Shown: positions 38,939 to 51,659 of the stretch, in pieces
Layout: each line of letters opens with the position of its first letter
Position numbering within the stretch: position 1 is the first letter of the stretch
Assembly: GCA_023213395.1 (NCBI GenBank)
Contig: CM041465.1
Coordinates: 224,509,741 to 224,573,740, forward strand
Length of the DNA: 64,000 nucleotides
From: Cycas panzhihuaensis
Taxonomy: Eukaryota > Plantae > Cycadophyta
Reading direction: 5' to 3'
Program-made: the position numbers and the translations under genes
Notes under the pieces: generated by a model
The model's input: the letters and a program-made list of their open reading frames with translations, nothing else
What the model was told of the DNA's origin: nothing
Databases searched by the model: none

Positions 38939-40620
38939 TGTTGCATTCCTAATTATGTGAAGTCGGTTTCTAGGAGAATAAAGGAGGGGTTATTAACGTG
39001 AAGTTTGTATATTTAGGAGAGAGAATAAGAAGTCAACTTTTATAGAGAGAGAGAGAGAGAGAGAGAGAGTAAAAGTAGGGCTCTAAATAGGGAGCACTAT
39101 TCAATTATAAAACATCTTGGAGAATTTTATATCTTATATGGAAACGATGGCCTAGGGCCATTAGGGCGCTACTGTGCCATTTGGGAGGAAACCTTCGCCT
39201 CAAAGAGGGCAATCAACTATGGAAACCTTATCCAATATTGATGTATATTATCCTGAAATTATTTATGTTATTGTTATAAATTCGATATTACCTTGATTTA
39301 TTGTTGAATAGCTAATGTATTGATGTTGACAATGCTATTTTGTACCCCATAGTTGTACAAATCCCTTAGCTCCTTACCTCCAAATTCTTTGTAGGACGAA
39401 TCCTAGTTGCCCTTCACAATCATAGCCCATATCACTGCTCGCATGTTTCTTCATCTCCTAGAGAATTTTCTCAGCAGGATGTTCTAAACCTTCTATTCTT
39501 CCTTCATCATGTTTCATCTCCTAATTCTGAAATTCCTATTCTCTCTTATAAAACCTTGTCCTATCCATCCCCATTTTCCACACTTCTATATAACCTTGTC
39601 TTTCCTCTGTCTCTGAACCCCTATTAAGCCCTCTTTCCCATAAAGAGCGACTATCACTAATCTTGCATCCATCTTATTTCCCTAAGATCCCTTCTTGTCC
39701 AACAAACCCCTTACAAACCTCTCAATATATAACTATTATGCCCTTGTTTCCCATGCATACAAATTTATTGTTGACCACATCATTGATGTTGACCTCACCC
39801 ATTCTTCCTTGCGTTATGCAATCCCTATTACATGACCCTTATGACCACTTTTTTATTGACTTCCCAAAAATAATCAATTACACCCCCGCACCCCCCAAAA
39901 CTTCTTCAGTATTTTTAACACCTCATATCCCTTGAGCGACATCAAGGGAAAAATGTGTAGCCACAAAATAGGATTTTGGCCAAGCGCCATCAACCTCACA
40001 TAAGGCCCATGATCATTTCTATATGGGATGAGATACAACATGCATGAGGTCCTAGACACAAGCATTTGCAGGTTCAAGTTACATGTCCATTATCTCCAAT
40101 AGAAGGCACAAGATTGGACCAAATTTTTATGACATACAAGACTTAGCATGCGACGAATTGAAGAACTTGTCAAAGTAGGCCCAAGTAGTTTCATCTGCAA
40201 CTATCTATACGTAAAGGGCAGAAAGTTTCAAGGGGAGGCGGATTCTTGCATTCCTAATTATGTAAAGTTAGTTTTTAAGAGAATAAAGGAAGAGTTATTA
40301 ACGCGAAGTCAGTAGTTTTAGGAGAGAGAATAAGAAGTCATTTTTAATAGAGAGTGAGTAAAAGTAGGGCTATAAATAGGGAGCATTATTCATTTGTAAA
40401 AAAAAGCACTTTGAGAGAATTTGTTATTTGATTTGAAATAATGGCCTAGTGCCATTAAGGCATTGTTGTGCCATTTAGGAGGAAATCCTTGCCTCGAAGA
40501 GGGCAATGCATTGCTAATATTACACTTGATTATTACTTTATTTATTGTCGTATATTTGATATTACTTTGAAATAATGTGGAAATTTGAATGTTATCTATG
40601 TTGAGATGCTATATTCTAGA
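38939..40620 (+). mobile_element. Small internally deleted gypsy-like element (two diverged ~0.4-kb LTRs)
   Basis: Direct repeats ttgcattcctaattatgt... begin at about 38939 and 40244; PPT aaggggaggcgga 40230-40242; weak chromodomain-like HEVLDTSICRFKLH upstream. Right end and TSD uncertain. Confidence 0.65.
39044..39069. repeat. (AG)13 microsatellite inside an LTR
   Basis: Read directly; the partner LTR has only agagagtgag. Confidence 0.95.
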
Positions 40621-43600
40621 TTATTCATGGTGTAATTGCTATATTTTTTATCAATTTTCCATGGGCATGCCACACATAGCCAATAAATCTTGCCCAAATA
40701 CTTGTAAATAAATGATAACTGCTGCCTAATACCAATATACAATCACTCAAACCCTTAACAACTTCATAAATCACTGAATTTGAATTCAAAGGAGTCACAT
40801 AGCTGCAATAATCTTCACAAGCATCATGCTCACATCATGTTTTTCAAATCCTAAATGCATCATATCTTGCTCAAAATCTATCATTTTCAAATTTTGTCAA
40901 TAACAATTCATGTCGATGATGAAAAACAAGATCGAACCTGAGAATCATGAAGCATTAAGGTAGTGAATCCCCATTGGGATGTTTGCAACAACCTCCATAA
41001 ACACACCATGACATGCATTGTGATATCTACAGGACATCCATGTGCATCAACTGAAGTCTCACTCACATCTATAGGTGTAGATGGGCCTGCATACATGAAC
41101 TCAATCAACAATAGCTGTCTCTTCTTCTGTCAATCTTCGGTGGACTCATTAAAACCCCTGCATGTTCATGAATATGGCACTACATGCATAAATAAATGCC
41201 CACATAAATGCATCAAAATATCTCACCATTGATTAATTTTCAAGCACTTTCAACATGCCCCTGTCTCGTAATTATGTCACATCAACACGCTAGTTTTTAG
41301 CTCTCCATACTAGCTCATACTAACTTGATACCGGCTCACACGATGGATGCATGGATCATCCTCAAATGGTGAAGATCATCATCATGTGTGTGTGGTTTTC
41401 GTCATCCTGCTTTACTTTGTTTTATCTCATACAGGGTATGCTTGGGTTCTTGCTTCTTGTTTTAGGATCACGTCACACTTGTGCTCTAATACCATGTTAA
41501 AATTTTTATAATGGTTTACACGGAAGTGAATTCAGGTCATGCAGCCAAGTAGGTAGGATTGTGAAGCATTCATATCAACAAGTAACTTGTATGAACAACA
41601 AATGAAATATGAATTCTGAAGTGTTTAAGATAAACATCAAGCATATTAAATGATATATATACACATCAAGATAACATTCACACAATAGAAAGATACTGTC
41701 ATGAGACGCTAAATTTATATGTGGAAAACCCTTGATGGGGAAAACTAGGGGAGAAGGGTGAAGCTTAGCTCTCTCTCATTATCTCTAATATGCTTTTGAT
41801 GTGTGTACATAGTTATAGATCCATCACCTCATGTATATCCAATAGGTTACAAGTACATTATCAATCAATGATTTTGTACTGATACATTGATTAGTTAAAT
41901 CATGCCCGAGAATTTTTATATCGATCAATCATAAATTATCTGCTAATTAAACATTACGTCGACTTTTGTGAAATGCAATATTGTAACAATCACTTTGCTT
42001 CTCCAAGACATGTGCCATCTCAAGGAGTGTGAGGAGTATATCACCTTTTCCTTACTAGTACTTAGTCGTTTCCTGACTCTCGTGCCTCTGGGGCTTCACT
42101 TTCCATACTGCATGGATTCACTCCTCACTTCTTATCCCATGACTAACATGTCATCACTCACGGTGCAAAGTGCGGACTTCTAACCATTGCTGCTTCGCGT
42201 TTTGCATCTCACGACTTCACTTCTCACCTGTTCACTTCAAAATCCTTAGTCATTCTATGGAATGCAAAGTCCTTCATCACATGGAATAGTGACTCCGCAT
42301 ATTTCCACTCCTCTTCCTAACTGTGCAGAGTTAGTTGCTCTGTGGACTTGGTTAATTTATCGCTTTTTTGCTTCCGTGAAGTTCATCGTGACTCACCTTG
42401 ATCTACCATGCATCATGTTCCAATTCACTACCTTCATTGCACCTCCACACAGACCAAAACATTGCACATTTGATTCGAAAACTATACAGTGGATGTCTAT
42501 TTATAAACGCTTACTACTTGTTCATCCTTCTAAATATGGGACTAAACTCATAAACCTATCTCAATAGACATGCCAAAATACGAACTTTGAAAGTCTGTAT
42601 CTTCTTCATTTCGCAACCAAATTCTGTGAAACTGGACTTGTTGGAAAGCTTACAACAAGCTCTATCCGATCAACCATCCCTTTGAATTTATTGTGGTGTT
42701 CAATAGTGTCAAAATCTGCTACCAAACTGTGAACTCATAGTCTGTTAAAACAAAACTGTGGAGCTTTGTGCTCAGCTGTACTCAACAATGTCTTGAAACA
42801 AATGGGTGATGCTTCTACATCATACCGTGGTATCAAAAGGGTTGCACAAGTAATACCTACTGGAGAGAATTCGAAGGTCAAATTAGTAGGTATTTCCTGT
42901 ATGTTCATAGCATTGATGATGTTAATGTAGCAAATGAGATAGCTAGTGCATTTACACTCAATTCTGTTTGAGTGTCTTAGGAAACGTCTCAGCTTTGTAC
43001 CTCCCAGAGCATGAGATCTGTCTTATGCCACATCAGCAGAGTGATGACCTCAATCATCCTTAATCTAATTGGAATTGGTCTCCAGGTGAGGATGGTGCTG
43101 TTTGTAATTTGATATTTCATTTTTTCACATTTGATATCTTATTCAGTAGCTTATCTGAGGGCATTAGTTGTAGAAATTGTCACTTATAGAACTGAAATAA
43201 CATTGCCATGTGCTTTAAAATTTTGTTGAGAGTCACATCTATATGCTGCCTGCTTTGCACTTTTTACCTTTACCAAAAAGTGCAGTGTGTAAACTAGCCA
43301 ACAAGTAGCAAATTTCAGTTCCATAACAAAAAAGTTTGTCTACATATAACCTTGAAATTGATTGATTGCACCACAAAGCACTTTTAGTAGTACTCTTTCA
43401 AGCTCCGAGTGAATAAGAATTTACTTAGTAGTGGATTGGGAATCGACTGTATCCTGAAAATAGAAACCAAATCAAAGTTATAATTGATGCTGCCTGTAAA
43501 CCATCCTTTGCTCCTCTGACTATGTATAATATATTCTTTTAGTCCCTCTTATATTGTGCTTATGTATAGCTATACTGGATTCACTGTTGCATTATTTTTT

Positions 43601-43718
43601 GGAACATGAAATACTTTAGGTAGTAATATTTTTGCATCTGATAAACTCCTAATTGCTTTTGTTTCATTGCACACAAGACTAGCAGACTTATTGATTGCTC
43701 ATGTTTACCTAATCACAG

Positions 43719-43954
43719 AAGCTGATGGTGGAGGGCAATATATGGTCTACAATAGATGGGGCAGAGTTGGAGCGAAGGGCCAAGATAAGCTGTTTTCTTG
43801 CATGTCACGTGATGAAGCAATTTCCGAATTTGAATCAAAATTCTTTGACAAGACGAAGAACCATTGGAGTAATCGACACAATTTCGTGCCTTACCCAAGG
43901 AAGTACACCTGGCTAGAAATGGATTATGAGGGAGATAAATCAAGCAAAGAAGTA
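43719..43954 (+). CDS. PARP2: PARP2 exon, WGR domain core
   Basis: aatcacag|AA GCT GAT completes the G|AA Glu codon from the previous exon; contains RWGRVG and KFFDKTKNHW...YTWLEMDY. Donor is gtaggc at 43955, or gtagta at 43952. Confidence 0.95.
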
Positions 43955-44160
43955 GTAGGCACCTTGATCTTAATAAGTCATTATTTTATTATGTGGTTTG
44001 CTGCTCTATTGCAAGATTACTTCTTGTTTCACGGTTATTTTCTCTAGTACTCACAATTATGAAAATACATTTATATTGCTAAAAAGTATCTGATATGCCG
44101 AATTTTGTGGATGAAGGATTTAGGTAACTGCTCATTAAGCAATTTTGTCATTTTCAGCAG

Positions 44161-44290
44161 AATGAAAAGAAGCCAAGTGATCTTGTGGTTAATACTGAAC
44201 TTCGAGAAAGCAAGCTGGATAACCGCATAGCACAGTTTATATCTCTCATTTGCAATGAAAACATGATGAGACAGCAAATGATAGAAATTG
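44161..44290 (+). CDS. PARP2: PARP2 exon, linker and start of regulatory domain
   Basis: ttttcagcag|AAT GAA... (alternative start 44158) ...GAA ATT G|gtaagc; encodes ESKLDNRIAQFISLICNENMMRQQMIEI. Confidence 0.93.
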
Positions 44291-44591
44291 GTAAGCAAAT
44301 TTCCTTTGCAATTCCTTTTGGCCTTTTATTTGTTTATTTTTTTCCAGTTTGTAACAGTTGTTCTTTTACAAGAAAATCAAAATATCATTCGTGGCATGAC
44401 CTTCAAAAAGAATAGTAAAGTTTTTGGAACATACAGAGCCAGTTTGGAATCATAAGTGACAGGTTTATTCATGAACAAAGATTCAATGAAAGGTGCCAAT
44501 AATCTGAGAGAAACTTTCGTATCTATTGATTTGCAACAATCTACATTGAGAATTCATCTGATTGGTGCTTGAATGACACTCATTTCTTCAG

Positions 44592-44647
44592 GCTATAATG
44601 CAAACAGGCTACCTCTTGGTAAGCTAAGCAAGTCAACTATTTTGAAG
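44592..44647 (+). CDS. PARP2: PARP2 exon, regulatory domain
   Basis: ttcttcag|GC TAT AAT...TTG AAG|gtgagc; encodes (G)YNANRLPLGKLSKSTILK with the PLGKLS motif. Confidence 0.93.
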
Positions 44648-45611
44648 GTGAGCATTTCTATTTACCTGAAAGTTCACAATTGCCATCTCAGGAATGCATG
44701 TTGTCCATTATGACATAGACTGTTTCAATTGGGGTCTTGTCTTAGCACCAAGGACACTTTTTGATCTAGTCTTTGCCATGGCAAGTAGTCAATTACTCTT
44801 ACTGCTTGATCAGGATCTTGGGGACAGTCATTTGTTTTTACCTGAATCTTATTATTTACTGCCATTTTGTTGCTAGCAACATTGTTTTTTTTAGTGAACT
44901 TATTTTTAAATGAATTGCATTTAATCTGCTAGATGGTATGATCTGTACAACTCATTAAAAAATATAAAATATTTTGTTGATGTTTTAAACTTTTTTCTAG
45001 ATTACATGTTTCGGTTTCTTCAATTCAAAATTCTATTTAAATGCATAAATAACAACTTGAAGCATCGACATCTGTAGGAAGATTACTTTTGCATGGTATG
45101 CTTAAGCAAATATTGTACTTGTGTAACATTGACATGTGGATCAATAATCTGTCCTTGGCTTGGGCTTTTGTCATCTTTCTCATAACTTATCTCATGAAAG
45201 GGTTCTGTTGGTATACAGTTTGTGCAGAATCTTAGTATAGCTTTTTTATTAAGTGCCTACAATTTCTGCCTTCTGTCATTCTTCAAACAAAGCAGTCCTA
45301 TGCCAAGACTTCCCTTCTGTAGGCACCATCTTCATATCTCAGTTTCCCCATAGCAGAGCTTACTAAGAGTCATGGGTCACAGGTTCTTTTTGCTTTATTG
45401 GCAATTATTGGCTCCTATTTTTATCTGGATATTTTGTCACTATAGTACAAGGGAATGCAGTGTCGGGGATCTATCACCTAGATAAACATTCAGTTTATTT
45501 GATTTCCACCCTTCAAGGATTTTGTTAGATATTATCAATTGTTACCTTTGTTACCATCTTCCCCTCTTTTGTGACGTATAACTGTGATTTTCATTGTACA
45601 ATTTGCTACAG

Positions 45612-45685
45612 GGTTTTGAAGTATTGAAAAGAATTGGTGCTGCAATTGAAAATCCCAGTAGGCGCACTCTAGAACAACTCAGCAG
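45612..45685 (+). CDS. PARP2: PARP2 exon, regulatory domain
   Basis: gctacag|GGT TTT GAA...CTC AGC AG|gtattg; encodes GFEVLKRIGAAIENPSRRTLEQLS. The expected next exon (xFYTxIPHDFG) was not seen in the window. Confidence 0.9.
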
Positions 45686-48575
45686 GTATTGATTACATCT
45701 TATATATACAGATAGTGGGTTTCTCTTGATTTTGTGCTTCATTATTTTTGTTACTATTTAATTGGTAGTTAATTTTTTTGCCAAATAGGAATTTAGCTAC
45801 AGAAAATACGACTCACATTGTTTTACATACACTAAAATATGGAACAACCACCTCTTGTTCTACCCACTTATGAAGTATAAAGAGGCTCATGATGTGATGT
45901 TTTGGTTCAGTTTAAGTTGTCATTGTAGCTTTTGCAATTACAATACCACTAGCTAAATGTTTGGAATCTGAATGCAGTTTTGTAAATAATTTTGTATCTT
46001 TTGTGGCTTTTCTCTTTTATTGGTATAATAGAATACTTCTGAATACTCTTCCTAAATGTTAGAAACTAAGTAATTAGAAATGGTGAATTGCTGAAAGGGA
46101 AACAATGCTACTCCAATTTTCAAAAAGCATATTGAATCTAAGTTTGGGCATTTGAACATGTGTTACCTAAGTTTGGCTATTAAGGTTTAAGATATTTTAT
46201 GTGAGTTATTAGAGTTTAGTATGAGGGTTGAATTAGGGATTGTTCAGAGGTGGGTGTGGTATTGGTCAATGTTGGCACGGAAATGTGATACCCTTATTTT
46301 CCACCTAAAGTAACCTGTATGCCCAGTGTAAAGTCGAGATCATATCCGAGTCAATATTTTATGAGTTAGAAACAAGGTTAACTGGGGGGTGCTCAATTGA
46401 GCCACAATGAAGTGTGTGCCACCTAATTTAAATGTGAAATAATTGACCTAGGTATTCAGAGAACTGGAGGGGCAAATAGATAAATGAAAATTGACCAAGG
46501 AGTTGGGGGCTCAACCCACTACAAAGGAAACACCAATGCTAGGCTATCGTGTTGATATTTTCTTCATAGTAAGGTGAGGAAAGCTAACCTAAAGTCTCTA
46601 AGGCTACCTATCCATTCCTCCAACCAAGAATTATTGGGTGGTCTCCTTTGATAATGCAGCCTCAGTCCCTGCTAAAATCTATCTCCAACCTTGGCGATGA
46701 ATTCCAAGGTAAACTATAAGATGCCTCGAGCAACACTCAATAGTACAGGCAGTGGCAAGATAAAGTTCCCTATGGTTTCTCTAGAAAAGGCCACTTAGCC
46801 AACCATAGTTTCATAGCACACTCATAAAAGGAGAGCATAGAGTTAACCCACCTACTTTTTGATACCTTCATATCTACCAAAGTCACTTAGTAGCTCAGGT
46901 TTTTATGGATAGTTCTTAACAAGTAAAGTGCCCCAACGTGACCATATCTCTACTAGGGAACTAGCCCTAGCTAGTTGAGGTTTTGTCACACTATGGGGCC
47001 CTATTTTTGCGGAGGGTCTTAGTCTAGTCACGTCTTGGTAAAGCAGTGAAATAGGATTTAGACTTTGCAAACACCTAGGACGTATTTGAGGGTCTTAGAA
47101 GGATGGTGACAGATCAATAAAGTGAGAACGCTTCAACAAAGACACCTTGTTTGAAAATTTCCACAACGACAAAAGTTGCAAGTGACGATGTTGAATGAGC
47201 AATGCGTGCGGATAGAGGTAGAAGGTGGCACCAACGATTTGCTGAATCATGAATTTGTTGTGTGTGATTGTGAAACAAAAATATAATTTTTTATATTATT
47301 TTTGTATGTATTTTTTCAATTTTTATTTTAGCAATGTGCACCTTTGTTCTTGCAGGAGTTAGTACAAAATCATAATGAAAATGCGATCTAAAACCCCTAA
47401 TGCATTCATATACCTATGTAACTAAATAAAACAAAAAATTTTACCGCTTAAATCTAGTTTTCTAAGTCAATGAAAATTGAAAATAAACTATGTGCAAATG
47501 TAGCGAATTCCCTTCCCTCCTGGTTGATTTTATTTCAACAAAAACCATATGTGAATGCAAGTAGTTTCCCCCTAACTTGTAGACACATTACTTCTACTCA
47601 AAAACACTTTTTTTGCCTATATGTAGGTCAAGTAAATACCTATCTATGTAGTTGCACAAGGATGACCAAGTGAGTAGAAAATAATCACAGATCTTAGTGT
47701 ATTAAATACATTAAAAAAAAAAGATTTTAAAACCCCACTCTCACAATGACAAATGACGACTTTATAGATGTATGAAAGAACCTTGATTCATTAAATTCCA
47801 AATATATCACATGCATCAAAATTTGTAGGCAAAATATGAACTATAAAGCTGAGTTGAATGTCGTTAAAAGATCATAATAATAGATGTAGATATTTTATTC
47901 AATATTTGCTTCAGGATGTGCTTGAATAGTCATTTTTTGTCCTTAGAAAACATAATGATTTGAATTAGGTATATGCAAGCATTAACTAACCTAGGTATCG
48001 ATAAGAAATTTAATCAAATATAAGGTATTGTTGTGCTATAAATTTCTACAAAATGATGTCACTTGTATCATGAATAAAAGCCTTTGTTTTGAAATGTCTA
48101 AATGAGTCATTTATATTCATTATAAATCACCTTTAATTTTCACTTTTATTATTAAACTAATTATGATTTTCAAAGGTGAATATGTTTGTGTCAATCTACT
48201 CAAATGTCTGTTTAAAAAACAATGCAAATGTGGCACTATTGTACCTTAGTTTTGGGTCAAAAATTATTGACAAAAAGAGTGTTTTTTATTGTTTAAATGT
48301 TCATAATATATGTCAAACAAGGTGGTTTATAAAACCTCTTAATGTGCTTAATTTTTGTCTTTAAATAAACATGATCTTAAACAAGCATTTAAATGTGCCT
48401 ATTTGCTTGACTAATCACCCAAAATCAATTAAATTTGTGATACGTTTGTGTCTTGAATAATGTGAAATAACATTGTTTAAAATATATAAAATGTTATAAA
48501 AGAAATAAAGATATATCTAAAAGAAAAGGTCTAACCAAACTAAACTAGTGAATGTGTGCTTTGTAGAGGTGAATT

Positions 48576-48645
48576 GATGAGACTTGAACTCGTGACCACC
48601 CACAACTTAATGATTTAATCTGCTAACCACTTCTCCTACATGCAC
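48576..48645 (-). other. Degenerate tRNA-like / SINE-head remnant
   Basis: Minus strand tgtaggagaagtggttagca (A-box-like) and gagttcaagtc (B-box-like) at tRNA-like spacing; no cloverleaf, tail or TSD. Confidence 0.3.
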
Positions 48646-51600
48646 TCATAAAAATGAAATTAAAATCATGAAATATTTAAACTTGCTGCTCCAACACATC
48701 ATTAATATAAGAGTTGTGATATGCAAGCAAACTAACAGAAGTATATCTTCATTATTTGGCAATATATATCACTTGCTTATATGTTTGCCAAAAAATACAA
48801 GCTCGTCAATGCAAAAGTTGAAGCGTTTTTGAATTTGTTATCACCATGAATAGCAAATCGTTAAATTACACCTATGAAAGGTTAGATTAATAATATGTAT
48901 GCTTCATTAATGAAAATGGGGGAGTAGAATGTATTATTATTATTATTTTCATGATATTGATAGCCTAAGCAATTGGCAAATATAAAATATCCTCGTATGG
49001 ATATTCATGGATCAAGAAGGAGGACAAAAATGAATAAAGACGAGAGCCAATACATTATGGGCATGGCAAAAAGGTGGTTGCAATATTCATTTCCGTGAGC
49101 GATTGTGAGGTTGAAATTGGGTGATCTAAAGATTAAATGTTCATATATGTCTATAGGGAAAGGCATTTCCAACAGTTTTAATGAATTGATTGCAAATTAT
49201 ACAATGGTTGCCAATTATGAGGCAATATGTTGAAATATGTGAATGCAATGTCTTTGGTGATTTATAGACAATGCAGGGCAATATAGTTATCCGTGAATGT
49301 TACAAAAGCAAAATTGCGTATATTTTCATTGCAGCTGGGCGATTTAGGTGGAGGTATTCATTAATAAAAATTTCTGTGGGCAAAGATCGATATGGGCATT
49401 TAAGAATGAAATATGTATTTCAATATGATATTAATGTTAGTTGTGACTGTCGCACATATTTACCTTTGAGATAAATACATTAACAATGGGCGAAACACGT
49501 ATCATATCCATGGGTGTTTTAGATGAAAATGTTTGATAAAAATTATTTAATCTGTAGGCATGTTAATAACATTAATGCAATGATTTGGGATTGGTAATAC
49601 TTGACATTGGACTCAATGGTGTGTAGACGATGATCGTTGACTAAGGATGATTCAAGGAATGAAATAAATGAATAAGACTAAAAAGGTGGTATGCATTTGA
49701 TTAAACACTCTTAATAGGTGCAGACCAAGGGCGAATTTGGCACAAATTAGGAAACAATTGGGCATCGGTATTAGGTGCCAAAGAGATTGATCAATTGTTA
49801 ACTAAGGATGAATGATAGAGGAGAGATAGATCTATATTAAATGATAACATTAATATGTATTTATGCAAATCCCTTTGCTTGTTTAAGAATGATTAAATGA
49901 ATAGTAAATCCTGATATTTGCAGGGCAAACTTGGAGAATGAATTAGTCAATGTAAAGGATGTCAAAATTAATGCATTAATTTATATGTAAGGAGCCTAAA
50001 CTTCATAAACATGTTGCATTTTATTGCTTTCAATTAGGGATTAATTTGTTTTGATGGACAATGCGCTTAAACATGTAAGTTAGGAACGATTAATATGCAT
50101 TTAATATGAGCAATATAAAGATTGAAGAGCATTGATATGAGATGAGTAAAATAATGCGATTTACATTAAGTGAATAAGCCTCAATTATGTACCTGGGAAT
50201 TGTGCCAATTATTGAAGATCTCTGTTTCACACCTCATGCACTATGCTCTTGCATCTCCATCTTCAAAAATCGTACTCCGTTCTTGAGAGCTTGACATATT
50301 ATCCAATATATGACTTGTGGATATGCAAGTGGAAGATGGTGAGAGAAAAAGAGAATAGGAGGAAAAGATATATAGGATATCAATGATTCATTCAGATATT
50401 TCCACTCAAGAATCCAACATTGAAAGTCCCAAGACCAATGCGCACAATTCAAGAGTCCCAAAAGCCAGAGTTTGTACAAACCAATCTCCAAGTTCATCTA
50501 TTCACGATATATTGCATTTATACAACATTTTGGGGGAGGGTGTTCATTTTATCCATTGGAAAAATGAATCCAATGAGACATTTCGGCCACCCCTCTTAAA
50601 TACATTTAACTAAACATGAAATGATAATTAACAATAATCCCACCAAACAAAGGTATCCTAAATTTATAAGATAAGGTTTTAAAGGGGGAAAAAGGCCCCT
50701 AAGCCCTAGAACACTAACATAGGTCTAGGAAACTAAGTCTTGCATCAACAATCAAGTTAGGTTGTAGTCACATAAGGTTGGCTAAGGCTATTAAATTAAA
50801 GTTGGCTTGTTAATGACTGGTCAAAAGTTGCACACTGATTTGTTTGGTCAAAAATAGAGAGGCTGTATAGAAATACCCTCTTAAGTCTTCATCCATTCAT
50901 CAAGGAAATATTGATTTTTGGTCTAGTTCCTTTTGAGAGTATGTACTATTCCAAAATCTAGTCAAAACTATGCTATGTAACCATTCAAATCGAAGGCCTC
51001 TGAATAAGGATTCCAACAGTTCAGACGAAAGTCAATTCCGACATCTCTATCAAAAGTTATGACCGTTTAAAGTTAGTCTGCCAGTTTTGGAGAAGTTCTG
51101 GCCGACTTCTGTTTAAGCAGTATTAAGTATAATATCACCCAGTCTGACCGACTTCTAATTGAAGTATTTTAATCTCTATATATAGGAAGTTTGGGCCGCA
51201 TCCCAAACCATCTTTGGAGGTTTTTTTGGCTGCGTATTTTCGGGTTTAGGGCTGCAACTAGCTTGCCCATTTGGGGGCTGCAGTTTGGAGGGTTCCTCGC
51301 CTCGAAGAGGGAAGCTCATTTCTTCAGGAAAGACTGGTATTTTGTTGTAATTTCGCTCTATTTTGGTATTATTTGACAATAAAGATTATTATTTACTTCT
51401 GTGAATTCTGTAATTCCTGTTCCTTGTTCGTTTTCTTGTTGAATAGCATCTAGTTATTGTTTTTTGTGGATTATTACTTGTATTTTTGAGGAAAATTGCT
51501 ATAAAAATAGAACTAGATCGCAACAAGTGGTATCAAAGCTTCCTTTCAAAGGGAAAGGGCAAAGGTAAAAGCACAACTAAAGGTTGAAAAATTCCTCCCC

Positions 51601-51659
51601 CCCCACCAAGGCAAATAGAAACGGAATTGAGATCAGGGAGAAACCTCATTCCCAAGAAG

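Larger units (their letters stand above)
36074..41988 (-). mobile_element. LTR element with no recognisable coding domains (LARD-like or extremely decayed), hosting a nested element
   Basis: LTRs 36074-36568 and 41495-41988; TSD ATCAC (36069-36073, 41989-41993); reverse PBS gctctaatacca 41483-41494; reverse PPT ctccccctt 36569-36577. Confidence 0.9.
10057..45685 (+). other. PARP2: PARP2 gene, internal portion (5 exons; both gene ends lie outside the window)
   Basis: Joining five AG/GT-bounded exons gives one stop-free frame: GDVIFDAMLNQTNVGENNNKFYVIQAL-E-ADGGGQYMVYNRWGRVGAKGQ...YTWLEMDY...SKLDNRIAQFISLICNENMMRQQMIEI-G-YNANRLPLGKLSKSTILK-GFEVLKRIGAAIENPSRRTLEQLS. This is recognisably the WGR domain and PARP regulatory domain start of plant PARP2. 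Intron phases (1,0,1,0) are mutually consistent. Confidence 0.95.

Noticed and set aside
43667-44047. 126-aa ORF as a stand-alone gene
   Set aside because: It is a PARP2 exon plus in-frame intron read-through on both sides; the same applies to 44185-44415.
46284-46990. Solo LTR (tgtgat...gtcaca)
   Set aside because: Flanks ggaaa and ctatg do not form a TSD and there is no second copy in the window.
48576-48645. Functional tRNA gene
   Set aside because: Acceptor and anticodon stems do not pair; kept only as a low-confidence remnant.
51176-51453. Duplicated small ORFs (also 61664-61926; likewise 53794/58511 and 10972/18201) as a paralogous peptide family
   Set aside because: They lie within paired LTRs, so the duplication simply reflects LTR identity.
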